A stretch of DNA of 58,268 nucleotides, counting the filler, from Sphacelaria rigidula (taxonomy: Eukaryota): the NCBI GenBank assembly GCA_964200075.2. It is 4 parts of 4 records of this genome, joined end to end, with 100 filler letters (N's around TTAATTAATTAA, not from the genome) between each part and the next. Parts side by side here need not be neighbours in the genome. Positions count along the whole stretch, not along the records: positions 43,778 to 58,268 come from CAXNAA020002223.1; 3 more parts are not named here. The stretch is one strand, 5' to 3'. Positions 50,554 through 58,268 of the stretch are shown here, in pieces; position 1 is the first letter of the stretch, and each line of letters starts with the position of its first letter. The position numbers were made by a program, and so were the translations under genes. The notes beneath the pieces were generated by a model. That model was given only the letters and a program-made list of their open reading frames with translations, had not been told where the DNA came from and did not search any database.

Positions 50554-50681
50554 AGCTAATTTTCTCACAGCACGGAAAAGTGAAGAAAGTAAAGGTGTAT
50601 CGTGACGAAGCCGGAAAAGCAAAGGGCGACGGGCTCGTCACGTACTTGAAGCCTGCCTCCGTAGATCTCGCCGTTACAAAG
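50554..50681 (+). CDS. HTATSF1-like exon, RRM1 RNP1 (ELIFSQHGKVKKVKVYRDEAGKAKGDGLVTYLKPASVDLAVTK)
   Basis: K.YRDE.G..KGDGL..YLK..SVDLA is characteristic of Tat-SF1/Cus2. AAAG acceptor in phase 1, AAG|GT donor. Confidence 0.9.
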
Positions 50682-50687
50682 GTACCA

Positions 50688-50942
50688 TGTGTGTGTCGTA
50701 CTCTATTCTAACGTGTGTCGTACTCCATTGCGTGTATAATACTCTAACGTGTCGTACTCTTTTGTAACGTGTATCATACTCTGGCGTGTGTGTCGTACGC
50801 TATCGTAACTTGTGTGTCGTACTCTATTGTGTGTCCTTCTCCAACGTGTGTCGTACTTGAGCGTATGAATCTCCATTGTGTGTATTATACCCCAGTGCGT
50901 CATACTTTGGTGTGTCGTACCCCAGTGTGGTGTCGAACTCCT
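50688..50942. repeat. Degenerate minisatellite (GTGTGTCGTACTC.. units)
   Basis: About ten recurrences of TGTCGTAC-like units directly after the donor site. Confidence 0.7.
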
Positions 50943-51621
50943 GCGTGTTTTGTTTTTAACGCCGTGGTCTGTGATCCTTCAACTAACAGAGCACAGTGTC
51001 CGTCTGGCTTTGCTTCGTCGACAGAGTACATGCTGTTAATTCGGAATCACGTATAAAGTCCAAACTCCTGAGAATTCGAACAGCGTTTTGAGGCTCAATC
51101 GCGGTATATACCTGTTGTGTTTTGAGTAAAACAGCATGGGCCGTATTCTTGAGGACTAAAGTTCGACCTCTGTACGATGACTTTCAATCATTTGTCACGA
51201 TGTACTTGAAATCGGGTGGCTGTGGTAAATGACCATATTCACAGCTGTAACCTACCAAGGATGAAGGGCCTTTTGGATACTTGTGTATTCTTGTAGATTT
51301 TCCGTTTGCCGTGTTTTTGTCGATGTGTAGCTGTTTCTCTGTCCTTTCAGAAGGATTCAGCATTGTCTGGTTCAGGCTTTTCAGATTTGAATCAAGCTGA
51401 GTGTGTGTGTGTGTGTGTGTTTGTGTGATTGATTGTGTTGAAATTGAGGCGCGAAAAATCGGGTAAATAATGTCCTACAACTACACCGTGTACATCCGTC
51501 GGAAGTTGTCACCAAAGACGGAAACGTCAAAACCGGTCGTCTTGTTCCGCGACTTTATATCTAGCGTTCACTCATTCCGTTTTTTTCTTTTTCTTTTCCT
51601 GTTTCTTCTTTCGGTGACAAG

Positions 51622-51690
51622 TCAAACGGGCACGAAATATCTGCGGGATATCCGATCATCGTATCTATGGCGGACTTCACTAGATCGAAG
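51622..51690 (+). CDS. HTATSF1-like exon, end of RRM1 (SNGHEISAGYPIIVSMADFTRSK)
   Basis: CAAG acceptor, GTGAGC donor, 69 nt, phase 0/0. Fits the RRM ending G.E...G..I.V..A.F. Confidence 0.8.
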
Positions 51691-52742
51691 GTGAGCTACT
51701 GCTTGTGTGGATGACGGTGGGCACCCCACCTGGAGTATTAGATGGTCGCATTTGTTTTTATCGTAGTGCGTCCGTGTTGATTTTTCGGGGTCCTTTTGTC
51801 ATTTGCCATTCGATTTCCTCGTACCTTGTTTTGGGTAGTTAGCCCGTGGCCACACGGAAGGCGTCCGCATTAGATGCGCGGTACGGAAGAGGGAAGGTAC
51901 TCTGTGCAGATATCGGAACGGTTTGCAATGTGAGGACAACTGCAGCAGCAACATCAACATCAACAATAATTCATACCCTGGACAAAATAATACAAAGTTA
52001 AAAAGTGTACTGCGTACAGTATCAACTGTTACGCCTGTTGCTTTAGACAACAGAGTCCATACTGTACGCAGTATATTTTTTGACAATGGAATCTTTTGTC
52101 CAGCGTGTGCAATAGTTGGAAATACTTGCTGCAGGGGAAAATTGTACTGTGTACAGTATCGAGCCTTATTGCCTACTGGCAACAGCCAATAGGCTCATGC
52201 TTAACAGTGCATTTATTTTTCCTCTTGCCACTACGGCACCTTCTGTTTTCTAAGGTGTGGTGTATACTCTACTGTGCTGTAGTGCTGTGATGACTGCGAC
52301 ACACGCATGGGTGTGGCATCAGCCTGTGTATGTGTAGGCGTTGTGTCTGCGCCTGAAACAACTATTCCGAACCCTAGGCTCGAAAAGAGAAAGAAGCGGC
52401 CTGCTAGCTCAAGGGCGCTGAAATAGTTGAAAGCAGATGGTGGGGAGAAGCTAAACACACGAGGTTTATTCCTGGATCCCGCTCTATTCAGGGATGCCAG
52501 TGTTGCAGATTCACTAGAATATCGCTTTGTGTGCCGACAGCTGTCTTGGAAAACGTTTGAAAACCTTTCATGTCCCGGTTGTGGTTCGCTGGCCCTGTAT
52601 GGAATACGATCCCCGCGTATCGCAGGCGAAATGGTCTGGAGCTCACTGCGAGCTCGATGAACGAAGAACAGAACCGCGTCGAGAAGTAAAGTAGAGCGAA
52701 CACGAGGAAGTCTGACGCCTAGCTTGTGCTGATGGCTCCATC

Positions 52743-52778
<36 letters not shown>

Positions 52779-53021
52779 GGATGTGAATCCAGTCCCCTGA
52801 CGTCAATGCTCATGCCATACACAGCCTGTCCAATGCTTAGACCTGCCTGTTCGTGCTTCCCTCGTAAACGTGGTCTACTCCCCGCCCATCGTCTCTGCTC
52901 CTGTGCCTGTCTGTGTCCTTGTCCCTGTCCCTGTCCTTGCCCCTGCCTCCGTCTCCCTGTCCGCTCGTCATTTCTGTGCTGTCGCTCCGTTTGTCTTTCT
53001 GGTTAAATAAAAACAAAAAAG

Positions 53022-53285
53022 TCCGACGGAACAGAAGAAGCCGAGCAGCAACAGCAGCAGCAAGAGGAAGAACAGCAAGCCGAAGCGCCACCCCCGCCTG
53101 CCGCCCCGCAGTCGGACGAAGCGCTCGAGCAGCAGCCGGTGCTGCCCGAGGAGGTTCATGATGAGTCAGCCTTCCCGCCCCTGCCGCCGGAATGCGAAGA
53201 GGACAAGTACCCCGTGGTGGTCTTGCAAAACGTCTACACCAGGGAAGAGGCGGACGCTGACCCCAATTTCTTCGACGATTTGGAG
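53022..53285 (+). CDS. HTATSF1-like exon, linker and start of the UHM domain (VVVLQNVYTREEADADPNFFDDLE)
   Basis: AAAG acceptor, GTGAGA donor, 264 nt, phase 0/0. UHM-type VVL.N...D..F..DLE motif. Remaining exons are not seen in the window. Confidence 0.85.
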
Positions 53286-54386
53286 GTGAGACGAGCGATA
53301 TCGTTCATGGACTTCGAGTACATCCCCTTAGGGTGGGGGGGGCGTACTCATTTGTTGCTTGCCTTAGTCGTGTGACCATTGACCATCCCCTTAGGGTGGG
53401 GGGGATGGGGTGAGGAGTGTGGGGACATGAAAACTGTGACCCATATTTTATTTCACATGAGTATACACACGAAAGATTTCGATACTTCAGCAGTGCGCAA
53501 GGTTTTGACATATCTAGCCACACATATCTGTGTTTTCTGGCACAAAACACTACAGTGTGACTTCATCAACCGCCTCCCGCCCCCCTCCACGAGACTGATT
53601 TGAACCCTGGTTCATTGCACGGGTCTCGTAACCGACCCTTATTCTTTAGGGTGTGTGCTGTGCAGTAACGCCACTCGTATGGTCGTGTTCCACGACGGGT
53701 ATGTGTACATGCGGTATCCCGAACATTCAATTGGTAGATCGATTGGTATGAGAGTACACGGTGTCATATTGACGAATCGCCAAGTGCCTCCAAAGCGTTG
53801 AATTGGAACATGAAATTTTTCAAGATTGTGTTCGGTAAGGCATGAGTATGGTCGGTAGGGTATACTTCGTACATGAAATTTCTTACTGAACTTACAGAAC
53901 GATTCAGGTACCGGTATGAAAGTTTTTCAAGAATTCACAGAACCTGTCGGGCACGGTGAGGAGGTTGTACAGAAACCCTCCACATGTTGGACGAGCAGAG
54001 TATGACTCGCGGCACTCGCACTCGTTGGACTGCTCGTTGGCCGTAAAAAATAATATTATAGGGCGATTACTCGCGTCATCAGTCGTTGTGGAAAAAAATA
54101 ATAGAGCGAGGACTTGAGTCATTGCTCGTGATGAACGACTTGAGTGGAGGAGTCAGCAATACGACTAGCAAATAGTTATAATGAGCTCTCCGACGATCTT
54201 GAACTCAGAATCTTGAGTTCATATGCATATGTACAAGCGTCAAGCTCCAAAGCCCGCGTTCATTTCATCTAAGAACCCCCCCCCCCCCCCCCTCCCTCTT
54301 CCCCCCCGCCCGCTGCGTATCGTGCAGCGACTTAGGCCACGTGCGANNNNNNNNNNCATCTAAGAACCCCCCCCCCCCCCCCCTCT

Positions 54387-54457
54387 GTCTCGAAAGGGAT
54401 GCGTGGTCAATGGTCAAACGACTAAGGCAAGCAACAAATGAGTACGCCCCCCACCCC
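54387..54457 (+). mobile_element. Truncated LINE 3' end (another, on the minus strand, at about 53333-53388)
   Basis: GTCTCGAAAGGGATGCGTGGTCAATGGTCAAACGACTAAGGCAAGCAACAAATGAGTAC plus a C-rich tract. Confidence 0.7.
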
Positions 54458-55362
54458 TCGCGCACACACAGAGGAAAGAGTTCCACTAAAGCGGCGGAGA
54501 GCATCTCTTGAGTAGTACATTTACAGGGCAAGCACTCGAGCCATTGCTCATTGTAAAAAAAAATAATGACTCGACCACACGGGTCGTGCTCGTTGTGTTT
54601 TCAAAAAACATCTAGGAGTGCACTCGTTTCGACAAGTAATGACTCGTCCGACTTGTGAAACCCTGCCCCGTAACCGGGTATTGTACAGGGTATATCCGCA
54701 CTTGTGATGAGTATTGCGTACAGATCTCACAGAACTGTCAGGTACCGGGATGAGAGGTTTACAGGAGTCACAGACCGGTCGGGTACGGGTAACATCCGGG
54801 TCCATACCCCGAGTACGAGTATACCAAAAATCGTACCCGACAGAATACAACCTTCGAAGATTTTTTTTCCCCCCCCCCCCCCCACCCGCGTGGTCCAGTC
54901 CCGTCTAGTATTCAGCACGCCGTACGGTACAGAGCGTTTTCGCGGCAGCGGGCATTCGTCTGACTGTACATTTTGTAGCACGTTCGAAAGGGATGATTGT
55001 ACGAGGCGACGTAGAGTTTTGGTCGTATATTCATGGTTGATTTTTATGAACAAACCAACAATAATGCTAACTCTAACCCTAACCCTAACCCCGACCCGAG
55101 GCGAGGCGAGGCGAACGAGACCCTCGGGCAAGGGGGATGCTTAGGTTCCCCCAGGCAAAGGGTGCGTTGGTAGACCTCAAATCGACGTCGCAGGCGCCGA
55201 TTTCGACCAAAACACGTTCTGGACGAGCTGTGTCCACTGCTCACCTGCCCTAAACCATACATCCTCAAGTCTAACATCAAATAGTGATGTTGTCAACCAT
55301 TGATATACGATCGAAACCCTATTAATGCGTCTACTGGATGGTACAGCTTTACGGCGCAGAGT

Positions 55363-56477
55363 CAGGGCTTTACAGTGCGGCTGGCGTATATCTGCCTGTA
55401 CGATAGAACCAGTTCCACAGCACGTGTGAGCAGACCCGCCGGTCCAAGAACGAACGCATATTCTTGAATTCACCCACCACGCTCAGGAGAGACGACGCAC
55501 CCTAATACGCGCGCAGCATATGGCACACGCACACGCACAGCACTACAAACCACATACAGAGAGACGAACCACCACCACCACCAGCCGTCCAACTCATCGT
55601 ACACGCGTGGCAGGCAGGCAACTCACCTGCTTTTGTGTGTACATATTGATTGTGTTTGGTAGATACTCCTCAGACAGTCAGCACAGCACTGCCGCAAACA
55701 TTGTTCGCAATACAGACTAGAACGCTGAATACGATGAATACTGAAGTGTAATTGCGATGTCTGCAGCGTGTATCGTTGTCGAAGCCCTGAACAAAGCAAG
55801 CTTAACCACCTGCGCAAATGTAGGATGAGATAAGTCTCACTGCTCTTATTTTTGTACGTACTATGAGGACAGAGTGTGCTGAAGTATCTACTGTTTGTGT
55901 GCGTACAGATTGTTTTTGGTGCATACATGCTCCTCAGACGTTTCACATGCCTCAACACAGTTGTGTATGTGGGGAGGGGGGGGCGTTTCCGAAAACACGA
56001 CAGCGGAGAACAACAGTAGCCTTGAGCATCCGTTCCATGTCGACATCACCGTTAACATTAATGCGAACGGTAAAGCTTGTCATGTTCAGGGCTTCGAGTA
56101 CAACACATGCTGCTGTCAGTACAACATGTTGGGGTATCGTTGTGCCTAGGGAGGATACATCTTACAAGAACAATCAATTTCTAAACACAGGAGGTGATCG
56201 TTCGATACACTCTTGCCTCGTAATGGGCACAAAAAGACGAGCAGTGCGGCTTATTTTTTCGTACATCTATGCAAGACAGTTTTTTTTAGTAATTATTATT
56301 TTTGTTCAGGGCTTCGAGAACGATACACGCTGCAGACATCGCAATTACGTTTCAGTATTCACCGTATTCAGCGTTCTAGTCTGTACTGCGAACAATGCTT
56401 GCGGCAGTGCTGTGCTGACTGTCTGAGGAGTATCTACCAAAAACAACCAATCTGTACACACAGAAGCAGGTGGGTTG

Positions 56478-56517
<40 letters not shown>

Positions 56518-57031
56518 CCAAGCGTGTAGGATGAGTTGAACGGCTGCTGGTGATGGTTCGTCTGTGTGTGTGTGCTTTGTAGTGCTGTGCGTGTGCTGCG
56601 CGCGCATTATGGTGCGTCGTCTCTCTTGAGGGTGGTGGGTGAGTTCAAAAATGTACACGGTTGGGACGAATCATCGCCAGTCCGAATCACCATATGCACG
56701 ATCTTTCAGGCCTGATTGCTCGAACGAGAGAAAAAAAGTTGACCGCTGGTCAAAAAGGTCTTCACGCAATGTTCGCGCCATTCCACGTGCCTGGGTTGCG
56801 CGTGCCTGGCACGCAACCCTGAAAACAAAGCCTAGGGATTGATTCGCACGTTACAAATCAAGCACACTAAAATCAAGCAATTTCTAGACGAATCGTTGAT
56901 TCGTTCGACCCGTGAAAATGTGCGTTCGTTCTTGGACCGGCGGGTCTGCTCACACGTGCTGTGGAACTGGTTTTATCGTACGGGCAGATTCATGTCAGGT
57001 AGATATACGCCAGGCGCACTGTAGAGCCCTG
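55363..57031. mobile_element. Inverted pair of about 430-bp CAGGGCT-ended elements (55363-55789 and 56307-57031)
   Basis: The arms are reverse complements over about 400 bp. The right arm is interrupted by a nested MITE. Confidence 0.75.
56656..56914. mobile_element. 259-bp hAT-type MITE nested in the right arm; a homologous right end lies at 1-149
   Basis: TIRs CACGGTTGGGACGAATC / GATTCGTTCGACCCGTG, with an 8-bp TSD AAAATGTA / AAAATGTG. Confidence 0.8.
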
Positions 57032-57361
57032 ACGGATATATTTTCATTTTTGTCTGCCTGATCAAGAACATGGAGAACGAACGGGGCGAAACAATTTCAC
57101 CCGGTGGTCGGGGAACGGATTTTTCGCGTGCCCTCAACCGGCGATCAAGCGATGGCGTGTCCTCGAGAATTTTGATGGTTGTACTTGTGTGTTGGGGAAG
57201 AGAATGAAATTTGGAGATGATAACAAGAACATTCTGTAAGGATCTCCTCCCCTCCCCTCCCCTCCCTTCGCCTCCTCTCTCGGACAAAGTTTTTTCCGTC
57301 TTCCCCTTTTGTTGTAAAGCGCGGTCGATGACCACGCCGCCGCCAAAATGTTAATGTTTTG

Positions 57362-57490
57362 CACACCCTGGACAATGGATTACATTGCCAAAAAAATATA
57401 CTGCGTACAGCATGGGATCTATTGCTGATAATGGATCCCATACTGTACGCAGTATATTTTTTGGCAATGTAATCTATTGTCCAGGGTGTG
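57362..57490. mobile_element. 129-bp near-perfect palindromic MITE (CACACCCTGGACAA...TTGTCCAGGGTGTG)
   Basis: Arms of about 58 bp pair with very few mismatches around a short loop. Confidence 0.85.
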
Positions 57491-58268
57491 ATGTTATGTG
57501 TCGCAGGAAATATCTGGTCGTTTATGTGAATCGGCATCATTTTCATTCATTTTCAAGTCAAAATGATGCCGAGTCACAAAAAAAAAACTTCAACGGGATC
57601 CAAAAGGGTCAAGACGGAAAACACTTTCGGCGTTGTTCCCCCCTCTCCGCCGTCGATTTCCCTTTGTTTTAGTCGCCAGAGAAAACATGATTTTTTTTTT
57701 TGCGCTTTTTTCAAGTATCATCACGACTCCCACCCGCCCCATGTATGTACTGCATCACCCCACAAATGTTAGTGTTGAGGAAATTGTTTGTAAGGAAGGA
57801 GCTGAGAAGGCTTCTCGGTGGCGTTCTAAGCAGCACGATCCTGAGTAGTAAGTAAGTAATGGTCCGATTCATCCGGCGGGACAGGCGCCGCGTACTGTAC
57901 GGATATATTCAGCACACGATCGCGAGGGGCAGGAGGGAGGGTGGTGGGGGCGGTATCGATTGAATAAAACTTGAATCGTCGAGGTGATCAACCCAATTGG
58001 GACTGAAGCTTAGTAACAAGGGGTTCACCATGTACTTCCTCTGGGGCGAAATATAAGCTCGCTTGGAGGAAAAGTGACATATCTCGTTCCCATTTGCAAG
58101 TCTTTGTGAACGTTTTTTTTTGCCGTTTTCGCGAGCACCTCGAGCAAAGCCCAAAACCGATGTCTTTTCTGAGTCCCAAACACAGCAGTACCTACTCACC
58201 CGGCAAGCAGGTGACAAAAAAACAAAAGACGGAAATCCACCGGTTGGAAGCCTTCCCATCCTTTTTTT

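Noticed and set aside
50688-50942. CRISPR-like array
   Set aside because: The tandem units are degenerate, have no unique spacers and lie in a eukaryotic intron. This is a minisatellite.

Overview
Eukaryotic, intron-rich, repeat-dense genomic DNA, most likely a brown alga (inferred from splice-site style, long introns and repeat types). The window is not one locus. It is four contigs of near-identical, descending length (14,494 / 14,492 / 14,491 / 14,491 bp) joined by 100-bp N-TTAATTAATTAA-N spacers, so genes cut at the gaps are assembly artefacts. Contig 1 holds an unknown multi-exon gene on the minus strand, head-to-head with a CDT1-like gene on the plus strand, plus LINE remnants. Contig 2 holds a decayed Cys/His-rich gene in a probable DNA element and a decayed Ty3/Gypsy retrotransposon. 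Between RNase H and integrase, its pol carries a domain with the motif order of a C5 cytosine DNA methyltransferase but no visible catalytic Pro-Cys; this is the main finding. The same element has a PAM2-like motif and a CCCH finger in Gag, a WLDD reverse-transcriptase motif, and a possible self-priming primer-binding site. Contig 3 holds the first two exons of a Rab GTPase, a tRNA-derived SINE head and TTAA-flanked mini-elements. Contig 4 holds internal exons of an HTATSF1/Cus2-like splicing factor, with nested MITEs in its introns. All calls are by eye; no searches were run.
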